This document shows, piece after piece, positions 1-11,081 of a stretch of DNA of 33,705 bases. Each line of letters starts with the position of its first letter. Positions within the stretch are counted from its first letter, which is position 1. The stretch is from Bigelowiella natans CCMP2755. Its lineage: Eukaryota; Protista; Cercozoa. The DNA lies in the NCBI GenBank assembly GCA_000320545.1, contig ADNK01002322.1, forward strand, positions 1 to 33,705, given 5' to 3'. Under the pieces are notes generated by a model. That model was not told where the DNA came from. It searched no databases and saw only the letters and a list, made by a program, of their open reading frames with translations. The position numbers and the translations under genes are program-made.

Positions 1-222
1 TTAGGGGTCCCCAGGGTGTCATCTGCGCCTTGTCCCACGTGCGCATACATATATATATCCACGTATATATATATATATGATATGGACCTTGTTCGAGTCA
101 TCTCTTGCTGTGATTATGATCTGATACACGCGTCCTCACTCGTATCTGTCTTCATCAGCAGTATCGCATCGTTGCTTGCTTGCTTTTGGTCGTTGTGGTT
201 GCTAATGGTGCTCTCCCTCTTT

Positions 223-262
<40 letters not shown>

Positions 263-1231
263 TTGGTTCTTACTTCTTCCAACGCCGTCTGGTGGTTGCC
301 TGCCCGTAGCTATGATCAGTAAGGGGCCCATCGATAGCTAATCGCCACGTGGGAATGAATAGCAAGACCAATGATCCGGAAGAATTATAGAAAAGTTATA
401 AATGCAACATAAAAGATATCGTAATGCTCCAAGGAGCTACCCCCCCCCCCCTTTCTCCCTCCTCCTCTTGCTATCTCAGGAGATAGTAGCCCGTACTCTG
501 GCATATGCGTCGATATGGCCGTCAGTGACATCACCGCGATGTCGATGCCCTTGTAGCCATATCACCTGATGATGATATCAAACCATGGATAGCGAATGAT
601 AAATGATAAGGTCCAGGGAGAAATAAGAGAAGGTGAGGATCTTCATCAATCTGTTTCGCAGAAAGACAGTCGGCGTTGAGATGGAGGAAATGACGCATGT
701 GCTTGCGCTGCAGCAGCAGCAGCAGTAGCCATAGCAGAAGCGTCGATGAAATAGAATCTAGTTAATATCATGCCTATCATCGGTGAGGAGGACAGTCACC
801 TTCGCCACTCCAAAAAGGCGGTGTATTTCGCTCTCGAGCCCCTTCTGCACATTAATAAGAACACACAAGAATGACGCATACATTGCGAGTGAGTGCGTCT
901 GTGTACATCGACGAGTGTTTGGTTTGGTTTGGCCGACACGACATCGTCGTGGGTAAGACAGCATTTATCATATCGATGTAGTTTTCACCAATGCGTCCCA
1001 GTTCGGCACGATTGATTATTATATAAGTAGCTGTTGCCAACTGCTGCTTCTTAGAATTGACCACCTGATTTTCCTCGGTCCATCTTGGGTACTGGCGGCT
1101 CCTCTTGGGATGAAAGGCGTTTGAGATCGTCATCAGAGCACTCCCCTCCCCATCCATTTCAATGCCGCCGCCTGCACGACCGAGGCGTCAGAAGAGGGAG
1201 AATAGTAAGAATCAAAAGAAATATGCGCATA

Positions 1232-1274
<43 letters not shown>

Positions 1275-2802
1275 TGTGTACAAGATTTGCATGTAAGTTG
1301 GCGGGGCTGTGTATTTCGATGAATATTTGTGTGCAACCTTCCCTCCCTCATTCCCCTCTTCTAATCCCCACCCCCCCCCCCTCCTAGTATAATTACAGAA
1401 GAAGCCGTAGAGTCAAATGTTCGTATCGTCTTTGAAAAACTTTTAGGGATATGCTTGTTAGTTCAAATAACCTTCCATGACTATGTTGGCCGTGCATCTC
1501 TCACAACCTGCGATGGACAATCAAGTTGATTAGTCGCTTCAGCGATGCAAGGGGAGGGGGAGAAGCAGAGATGGGTTGGAGAGACGTATAACAATCATGC
1601 GGCTTCTCTCTTTGCTATGGACGAAGGAGGTAGGCTTTATAACCGGATAAACAGATCTCTATATGAAGGTGTGTAACGACAAAAAATTGTGATGATGGAC
1701 AATGGAGCTGGATGTTGAGTTACTTGTAGCGGTAGCAATGAACGAAGCGACCTGTAACCAATGCGATAAGTTAAAATCTCCTCACATTCTCTGCCCCCCA
1801 TTTTTGTGAGATAGTCCATTAAAAACCTTTTTGTCCCGTTTATGCTCGCACTTTTCCCCCCAGCCATTGAAATTAAGGTCAACGGCCAGCATATCTTCCT
1901 CATTAAGCTTGGAAGAGTACACTTCTGTTGCCGCTCCTTTCGAGTCGATTTCGGGTGTCCCTTCCTCAATTTTGCAGGTCGAAGAAATATTCTCTGATTT
2001 GTCCACGGTTGCATCAAATTTGTTGTAATGCTGATGCGTGCACATGCTATTGCTATGGCGCTTCTTCCCTTTCGATCCATCGTCACTAGTAGGCAGATTC
2101 TGCTGTGCTGCTCGATATACGAACACGCAGCCCGTGTCGCGAAGCCAGATATCGTCATAGTCCTCACTCTGAGCAATGTTGCACAGGATTGATCCCTACA
2201 CTATACACGTATGGTTAAAATATTATTATCACCTTGATGAGTTCAATATTCTTGACCCCAGCGAATGCTCTGAGTTATTCACAAAACATTCGAAAGGTGC
2301 AAGTAAGATTTGCTTCTCCTATCTATGCGATCTCCTCTCAATAAAGAGTACTGTTTCGCTTTGGGAAGGGCCTTTGGGGCGACGAGCATCCTAATATGCT
2401 CGAAATCTGACAGTGCCTTGGCGATTCGGACGATAGCTTCCTAGTGAAAGAGCGAAGCCTCACAGACCGAGGTTGACACTTTTGGGAGGGGGATGGCATA
2501 TTATAATGGCCAACCTGAGCTGCTTGAAGGAGATTCTTACTGCCCCATTCGGATTTTTTCCACGGATATGCCATCCATGTGCACGCATGCGGAAGCAGCT
2601 GTTGTGAATTTCCAGGTTACATTGTTTCAATGCAAAACAATCGTCGTAACCGCTACAATATGCGCTTGAATAAAAAAAAGATATTAGAATACTTTACAAG
2701 AAGATCTACACATGGGTTTTGGAGCAGCAGTCCTTCTACTTCTCGTGACCTACGAGACATGCGTACCTCCGACGGGAAGCGCGTTACCGGCACAGCCGCC
2801 AT
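1..2802 (-). CDS. Agmatine deiminase (Porphyromonas-type peptidyl-arginine deiminase family), multi-exon, 3' end beyond the window start
   Basis: Manual splicing with GT-AG sites: 2802-2767 MAAVPVTRFPSE; 2598-2515 LLPHACTWMAYPWKKSEWG..AAQ; 2440-~2352 EAIVRIAKALSDFEHIRMLV; ~2197-1827 ..DDIWLRDTGCVFV..LAVDLNFNGWGEK; ~1752-1724 VASFIATAT; ~1507-1470 plus ~1171-1065 IVMEGGGIEMDGEGSAL; ~845-800 KGLESEIHRLFGVAK; ~565-497 VIWLQGHRHRGDVTDGHIDAYAR. These match the family motifs WxRDxG, FNxWG, EGGxxxxDGEG and DxTDGHxD. Exons below 490 are uncertain and the catalytic Cys is not in the window. Confidence 0.92.
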
Positions 2803-3185
2803 TCGGAACGAGAAGATTTCTGTGTACCGGTAAGTTCATCCGAACTTTATCGAATTTTACTAAAGAATTATGGCATAAAAGTATTGTCGCAGAAGCTAAA
2901 TTGATGAAAATTTGCAAAAATATTACAACCAACCAAAATCCTGTGCAGTTTTATCGGGACGACATCGTTGAATATGTTGTCGTTACTGGTAAATAGAGTT
3001 TTAGTTCTGGCCACGGTTTCGGTTAAAACCTCTCCAGTTCGGTTGGTGCTCATTACAGCCCCCCGCCCCCTTAGCCTCTCTCCTTCCTCCCTAATTTTGA
3101 AAGGTGCGTATCTTAGCATCATTTAGACTCAAAAAACACATGGTTGCGAAATCGTCTGAAGGAAAGTGTGTTTTTGGCAGTAGAA
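2803..3185. promoter_or_regulatory. Putative bidirectional promoter (agmatine deiminase / WW protein)
   Basis: About 380 bp between divergent start codons. Positional inference only. Confidence 0.45.
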
Positions 3186-3851
3186 ATGGGGAGCTCGGGC
3201 TTGTGTGGTTTACGAACGAAGAAAATTGGCCTTAGAGAGGAAAATTTCAAATTAAAGAGGATAAATGAAGATTTGAAAAGGTATGTAGCCTCGATTGTTT
3301 TTTACCTTGCATTTGCAGTGAGCTTACCCAACGTAGGGAAATTCTCTGGATGAAGGCGGAGCTTGATTTCCGGCGTTTTGAGTCCCAGGATCCAGAAACT
3401 GAAAGTACCAAGCCGTTTGTTTGAATCCATATCCTTGATAACGGCTTTATTTGCTTGCTCTGTGGTATTAGATAAACGACCTAAAGAAGAGGATAATGAA
3501 AGTGCTCTTGAATGGGTCCAATACATAGACGAGAGAACAGGGTATCATTTCACCACATGTAGCCAACATACCATCTTTGCAAATGGCACTAATCCTTTCT
3601 CTTTCATCCTTAACAGGATCCCGTACTACTCAAATCTAAATACCCGTGAATCTAGTTGGGAAGCGCCCGAGAAGTTCGTCGTCCACTCTTCTGTTCTCCT
3701 ATATAATAATACTCCACAGAAATTCCAAAAAGCTTACAATGGCCGAATACAAACACATCCACCGACACCGGGGGTGCCACTTCGAACCAATGAAAGCAGA
3801 TGCCACGACATGTACAATACTCCCCAAAAAATGAATCAATCAGATACGTGA
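3186..3851 (+). CDS. Small WW-domain protein with a short N-terminal coiled coil (about 3 exons; start uncertain)
   Basis: Removing intron ~3542-3616 (gtatca..ttaacag) gives WVQYIDERTGIPYYSNLNTRESSWEAP, a canonical W..G.PYY.N..T..S.W..P WW motif. The upstream exon EENFKLKRINEDLKR ends at donor gtatgt ~3281. Stop at 3851. Confidence 0.8.
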
Positions 3852-4867
3852 AAGTGGTGACCAAGAAGTTGGGATTTTTTAAAATATCGAAGCTAATGAA
3901 AAAGTAAAATTGAAACAAGTGTACTCTTGAACACAAATACTCACGCTTAATAGAAGAAGTGACCTTTTGCGATGGTGGTGCTCATGGAATTATCGAGGAG
4001 CGTACTGGTAAGGATTCTATCGTTTGTGTAAAATCAATGCGAGCACAGCAGTAGTTCTAGTGCAATTCCTGCTTAAAGTTCCGCCCAGTAAGCCAAAAAA
4101 ACTATTTAGATAGCAGAACTGGTTGAATCTCTCTAGCTCTTGAGGGAGAAACAAGAACTAAGCTAAAAGAATGAATACAGAGCTTGTTTTATGATGTTAT
4201 AATGATAACAATTATGCCATGATCATGTGCCATTTATGCTAGCATGGCATGTTAATTTTGACGTCATTTGTCTTACTGATCTGTACTAGCTATTCTAGCT
4301 ACGCATGCAAGAAATCTGTTGCCTATCTAACTGTGCTGAAATGACCATCACTTTTGATGCGACCTAGTGTTAGTATCGTGTCTGTCGAAGGGTTTGCTGT
4401 TGTGTACTACTAGACTAGCTAGCTAGCTAGAAGCGCACTGCTTGCGCGTGCAATTTGTTCAATTTGTCGTACAACAGTTCTATAGAGTTCTAGAGTTGTT
4501 TATGTTTTCAAATTGAGCAATTTTTGCACATCATGCGAGAGTAGAAGAGGTGCAGCTCAATAGCTGCTTGATGACGTGACTACGGCAACAGGGTAGTCAT
4601 GGCTCAGCGTACAATGTTTCGAAACAGCGGATCATTGTGCTAATTGCTCATTGTGACAGCGTTCAGAATGGGCGCAATGCTCTAGCTGTCGCTTCACATC
4701 GACTTATTAGTGTGAATCCGCTCGAACCAAACTAAGAACAAGTGTTTGTGGATTGCATGTGCGCAGCAGTCTCGTTTATTATTCATTTTTGCCTTCATTT
4801 TAAGCACATCAGTACGCACACCACACGTCTGTGTGTTGTCACCGTGTCATATCTGCATATAGAACTT

Positions 4868-6337
4868 TTAAGCTTCAATTATCGGCAAGCTTTTGGAAGA
4901 AATTTCATCTTTCTTTGACTCCGAAATAACAGCTAATGTACCTGATGATAGCGGATGACTGCTCCTTGCAGATGGATAATTGGTATCACCACTGCCGACG
5001 GTAGATATCGTTATTTTTCCGTGTGACGGAGAGTTTGAATCTGCTTCACGCACAACAACCGATAGATTGTTGCCGCCAGACGAATACATCTTTCTTGACA
5101 TATAGACACCTTTACTTGATCCATACCTATTGGAGCGAACCACTTCTCTTGTATTTCGGTGGGATGTTCTCACGCTAGTATAGTTTCCAGACTTACAAGC
5201 TGTATTCACCCCTTTCCAAAATGCTATAATTGCTGAGGTAATAAGCAAAACCTCTGCAGAAAAGAATATTGCGTCCAAGGCCTTTCTACTTTCACTAGGA
5301 TTGTTACAATGACTACCGTCTACGAAAGGGTATGCCATCATAACTGCTCCTTGGGTAATAAAAGCAATACCCATCACAGTAGTCCATATCATCAACCAGT
5401 TTTGCGTTTTTAAGCTTGTACCGAAGGAATTTGTTGCACTTCTAAGGCGAGAAGCTGCAGCGAAGATAAGCTTTTTCCGCTTTCGAGCCCATCCCTTTCT
5501 AGTGTTATTTCCAATTTTGAACGACAATGCAATGCCGTAGAGAAGCAAACTAAAGGCGAGGCCCATTAAAACCAAGCCCCCAAATTCAAAGCCAGCAGTT
5601 CTTGCTTCATCGTTTCCATTCTCGCTACTTGCACCAAATCCTGTGAGTATCCACATGGTTGTGACAACAAGGGAAGAGCCGACAAGATAAGGACCCCGTA
5701 TATTTCGAAATGGAGTTACGGAGAGACTTCGGTTGTGCACGATGGAAACCCACTGAGCCGCGACGAAGCTAAATGTCAGGAAGGAAAATTGAAACGGTAT
5801 GCCTAATAAGATAAAAGCCACCTGTGTGATTTAAATATGATAAAAATCAGTCTCTATCTATTGCCAGTTTTGTCTCATGATTTGTCGGATAGTAATTATA
5901 ATAATGCTTTATTTATGTTTGCTGTTGGGACAGGCGGGCTAAGGGCATGGATATAGTCAATAATATTATTCTCATTTGATATTGTGCAGAACATCTCATT
6001 TAACTAAAATCGAAGCACCAAAATATTTTGTAACCCATTCATGTAGACTGTTGCGCTGGAATCCCTCAACAAGGTTGGATAATAGTAAGGTTCCCAGAAA
6101 ACGAAAGGCAACTTGCATCCATATCAAAACCATAGAAACCCATAGATAACTCTTCTTTGCAGCAACCCGTGCTCTGACAAGACGCGCCAGTTGTACGCTG
6201 GCCACTACCAGTAGGATACCAAAAAAACCTAAGAAGTATAGAGAAACCCTTTCCAGTTGATTCCTTTCTGCATCTCCGTCTGCTATAAAGTCGCATGGAA
6301 CTTGGCTTGCACTTGTAGTGTTGAAGCCAGACGCCAT
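4868..6337 (-). CDS. Seven-transmembrane protein, TOM1/THH1/GPR137-like, 2 exons (6337-6035, 5821-4868)
   Basis: ORFs 5996..6391 and 4868..5821 join in frame at TGG|gttaca ... cacag|GTG. About seven hydrophobic helices, an N-terminal NTT sequon and a Ser-rich cytosolic tail. IPFQFSFLTFSFVAAQW resembles TM3 of the TOM1/GPR137 family; the family call is inference. Confidence 0.75.
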
Positions 6338-6930
6338 ACCAACGAAAGAGAGTGACGAAATATTTTTCTTTGTGCAGCAGGCAACAGGCAACCTTTTCCC
6401 ATTTGATCACGTGACAACCGATTCTACCTTGACGCGTGAGAGCAAAGGCCATTGATACAGGCAATTCTTATTGCGCTGTGACACACATGAACGACAAGGG
6501 AACACAGTGGGAAAGCTCTTTTTGTAGGGGAAAAACGATTTCTTGAATCCCAGCGTAGTTCCAGGGCATTTTCATTGTATTTCTAGGGGATTCGCTCGCC
6601 GCGTCATGTGAGCAATTAGTCATGGAAGACGATGTGTGAGCCTCAGCGAATCATTTCTTGATTGTAGCTAATGCACTACTAATCAACAGCCCAATGCTAC
6701 CTTGGTCAAGCATCTTCGGCATTTGAATTCAACCCTGAAATTTCAGGTTTGACACAAAATGAGAGAAAAACACATCATCTGTGGAGAAAGAGAAAGAGAA
6801 AGAGAAAGAGAGAGACGAGAGCTGCACACAAATGAATGGGTTGTGTGATGTGTGCTGTAAAAAGTAAAACAATATATTGTAATTTGTGAATATTTTGGTC
6901 GACGATTCGCTCCCTGATAATAGGTTTTAG

Positions 6931-7755
6931 AAACGTGTGCAAAACTTCAAGAATCTAAGGTGATCCCTGAACACATTAATTGCATTCATTTTAACATACT
7001 TGTGTTAACCGTCACACCATTAGGAACAACAACAAAAGAAGGTTGATAAGGCGGTCAGTAAGTTATATCTTCCACGAATTGATCCAATAGATAATTTTTC
7101 ATAGGTAAAAAGTGCTACTCCCAAGGAAGGAACCAGTACCAGTACATACAACGCAGACTCCTATTACTCCTGCCATGTAGAAGAGCTCGAAAAAGAGAAA
7201 TCTGATCTCGAACATGCTCTTTCAGAGAATTTAAAAAGATTTCAAGAAATTGTAGATAAGCACAAAAGGGACTCCGATGAAAAATCACAGCTTGAGGAAG
7301 AGCTTACTAAAATAAGAAAATTTTTGAAGGTCCAAGCAACAGATTCTATCACTGCTGAAATCGAGAAAACGAGGAAAAGCATGGAGCAAAAAGATTTATA
7401 TATGAGTAAGCTACGTGAATCTCTTGAGTCGGAACGAACTGAAGTACTGCATTTGAGGATGAAAATCGACAAGTTGAAAAACACAAATTCGATAGAAAAT
7501 AAGGATAAAAAATCTGATACATCGAATGCACAAAGGCACGTCAAATCCCCCTTAAGTATTACTGAGTTGAATATCAAAGAAACAATAGAAGTCTCAATGG
7601 GCGAATTGGAAACCATTGCACATTCTAATCGATCTTGTGTTTGGTTTGCAGTGACATTGACAGCGTTCACATCGTCTTTACAAATAATATTCATGGTTGC
7701 TCAAGCTGTGAATATGACACAAAATGAGGAAGATTTTCACACGACATTTTACTAA
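6931..7755 (+). CDS. Hypothetical coiled-coil protein with a C-terminal transmembrane helix (5' exons uncertain)
   Basis: Open frame 7105-7755 after acceptor ttttcatag: ELEKEKSDLEHALSENLKRFQEIV.. heptads, then hydrophobic CVWFAVTLTAFTSSLQIIFMVAQAV. Candidate mini-exons ~6931-6959 and ~7024-7053 have AG/GT borders. A possible ATG lies near 6759. Confidence 0.6.
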
Positions 7756-8427
7756 TTGAATGTGCTAAGTGTTAATTCTAATCACAACTGCACACACTCT
7801 GAACACTTCCAACTGAGTTTGATGGTAAGTCTAGAAGTTCATTTTGTTTCACTTGTTAGTATGTAAAATTCTCAAAATCTGCATGAAACTTTTATGAAAT
7901 TTGCTGGAGCCAAGATCTTGCAATGCCTCAAGAACTATAACCGTGATCTATGCAGTACTCAGATTCCATTGCCGCAATAACAACAAAACAGGAAAATTGC
8001 TATTGGCATATCTTTAATTTCGAAATTCGAAGTCTAGGGTGTTAGAGTGAATACAAGTAGAATGCCTTAGAACACCATGCTACAGGCCTTAGAAAACCGT
8101 CACCTTGTGACGTCTGCATCACGCACGCAATGCGCATGCTGCGTCTGTAATAATCATCACCACAACAATTGTGGTCCATGCATGTCAAAGTTGACAGAAT
8201 GCAACGTCGCGCAGGTGATGGTGCACGATGTGATCGGCTGTTCGTTGTCAAATGAGCTAGTGAGCTAGGGCAAGAGTTCGTGTTCATGTGTTGGTGTGGC
8301 TCATGCATGAGCGTAGAAGCGCTCCAACCGTCTTGTCTTGCCCCAGTACTAGAGTGGCTAGGTGGGCCAAGCTAGCAAGAGTGCGAAGCACATATGCCGT
8401 GCACGTGCATGCGTGTCCGCGCCAGTG

Positions 8428-8446
8428 CTAGCTAGCTAGCTAGCTA
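8428..8446. repeat. (CTAG)n tetranucleotide array
   Basis: ctagctagctagctagcta; a similar array lies at 4415-4430. Confidence 0.9.
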
Positions 8447-8756
8447 AAGTGCATTGCAAGCTAGCAAATGCGCACAACACGCTTCAAGCACGACACTGGA
8501 GCAGGGCATCATCCAATTCAAGCATGCATTGCAGAGCATTCAAATCAATCGTCGTGTCGTCGCTTCAAAATGCAAAATCAAGCCACATGATGGAGACTCT
8601 GCATTCATCTGAAGTGCTTCCAGATTTGTGTGTGGTGCACGGCGTGGCACATCTAGACATGCTAGCGTGGCTAGCTGGCTGCATGACCAGAATTTGGCAA
8701 CACATCTCGAACAGTGCAAATGCGAGAGTCCTGATGCTAAACTTCTCTAGTTCTCT

Positions 8757-11039
8757 TCAAAACAACTCACCATCATCATCACTGTCCCATGAACCTGATT
8801 GGTCGCCCGCATCCTTTGATTCGATTGGAATCGTAACACCAGCTTTTCCTTCCCCATCAAGGGAACCTTTATTTTCAGCGGCAACATCATCTTCAACTGC
8901 TTTGTTCTCGTCCCCTCCCACAATGGGCAAATGAAGCCTAGTTGTGCCTGTCTTTTCTCCTAGAAACATTGAAAACGCATGGAAAGCAGTTACAGAGTTT
9001 GAAATGATTGCGGAATGGAGTCCCAACAATTTTTTTGGATCAGAAACAACTGCAATTTTGAACATGAAGTGGCAGCATTAGCAGGAAGCACCAGCAGCAG
9101 CAGCATTACCAGCGGAATTAGGTGTGTTTTTTTTTGTTTCTTCGTCTCCACCAGCATCCTCATCTTCGTCCTCATCCCAATCACTTTCCGCTCCTTCCTG
9201 CAGAGTGATAACCACAAGTTCAAAAAACGCATGGATAAGAAAGGGTAGCATTATTTTGCTTAGAGTAATTGTGCAACGAAAGGAGGAGTGGGGTTAGGAC
9301 CAGTTGAGAGAGCTGTGCATTCGCCGGGGCCGGTTGGTGCCCCCCGCCATCCTCGGTTTTATTGTTTTCCCTTCCCGGTAATTGCGTAGCAAATTCATCT
9401 TTGGTTTCGACGATTTCTTCGCTCTGTTTTTTTCCCCCTGAAAGAGCGTCTGCTGGGGAGGGTGATTTCTCTAGATTCTTCGCCCCACCGTCCGCTTGAT
9501 TCTTCTGTCCATGCTTCGTTTCATCATCATCAGGAATCTGGAACGATGAGCCGCTTGCTCTGGCCGTCGAAGGCGGAGAGTCTGTCTGGAATTGAGGGAC
9601 AGAAATGCTGGCGATCTGGCCTCCTTTCATCTCACTGCTCCCAGATGATACTACTGCAACGGCTCTCAAATGTTCGTTGGTTTCGCTCTGACTCTCGTCT
9701 GCCGCCTTGTTGGAGGAAGGTGAGGAAGTCGCTAATTTTTGGGGGGGGGATGGCGGTGGTTTCTTTTTGTTGTTGTCTTCTTTCTTGAGATCTGTTGCAC
9801 TTTCACCATCGTGCGCAATTTTTGCTTTGCGCTCTTCCTTTTCGTAAGTAGCAGTGTCCTGCTTTTTCTCCCCATACTCCGTCGCCATCAGAGAGGTTTC
9901 TTCCGCTGCATAGCTACTATACTTATGCGGATACCCTGTGCTGCTGTCTGGGCCATTCGGAAGGGCTTCGTCGGCTGCTATTTTTGATCTGATCCAGCTA
10001 ATTAGCGTAACAGGGGTGGGGGATGGTACAAAGCACGAATAGAAACACAACACCCGTTCGAGTGCATTGAAAATCAGTTGAGGAAATTTCGCTATTCATC
10101 TAGCCCCTTCCCTACCCATCTTAAAGCCGCAAGCATCGTAGAAAGAAAATAAACAATAACTAGCTCGTGGAAAGTCCTAAACCTTTCGGCGTCGGTTTTC
10201 CCCTCAAGATCTACCGTCGCTCGAAATGGGGTCATATTGTTGTCTAAAGTTGATGTGAAGATGGGGGTCGATGACGGCCGAAAGTCTGGCGTAGACATCA
10301 GAGGTCCGAGCCGCATCTGTGACTTGATATTCTCCGAGAGCATACGATTAAATGTGTCCAGCTCCTTCTGCAAAGATTTAGAATACATATTAAATACAGG
10401 TATCTAAATACATATACATATCTACCACGTATTACTACACGTATTGCTACTAGATGCAACTATTCCTGATGCTATTGCTGCCGTCGCACCTTTTGGTTGG
10501 CCAGATTGGAAAGATTAAAGGTTTCGTCTTGAATAGGCATGCCACTTTTCGTTTCGAGAGAGGCCACCCGAGAGCACAGCTTAGCTGTCATGTCGTGCAG
10601 AAGGTCTCGAACTTCCGAATCCTTCAATATATGCTTACCATATTCGAATATCATGCTAGAGCAATACCTAAGGAAGGGGGAAGAGGGAGGAGGCGTGAGT
10701 GGACGATGACAATAGGCCCAACACATTGAAATTAAATTACTCGAGGCGCTTCCTGTCGGTTCCCAGCTCTTCGGTAATAGTGCTAAATAACTGGTGCATG
10801 GATTTCATCTTCTCCTCAATACCCGTGATGCGTCTACGCGTTTCCACGGAAGACTTATCGAATTTAGTCGTCTGCTCGCCGACCACTCGCTTCACCTCGG
10901 CCTCGGCGTCCAAACGCGATAGCGATATCTTCCTCTTGACCTGAATTATGACATCGCTCATTTCATTATGAACATTATTCAGAAAGCCTACAAAAAACCA
11001 TGTTGTGCAGCCCAAACATCCTTGCTCGGTCATCGAACA

Positions 11040-11081
<42 letters not shown>

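Noticed and set aside
1-10. ttagggg telomere-like word at the window start
   Set aside because: Single occurrence, and probably within an agmatine deiminase exon.
1637-2176. 179-aa minus-strand ORF
   Set aside because: Wrong frame; the agmatine deiminase motifs are in the 1782..2126 frame.
8042-8934. ORFs 8042..8308, 8077..8268 and 8449..8934
   Set aside because: They lie in the TpA-depleted patch or antisense to the last exon of the coiled-coil gene, and carry no motifs.
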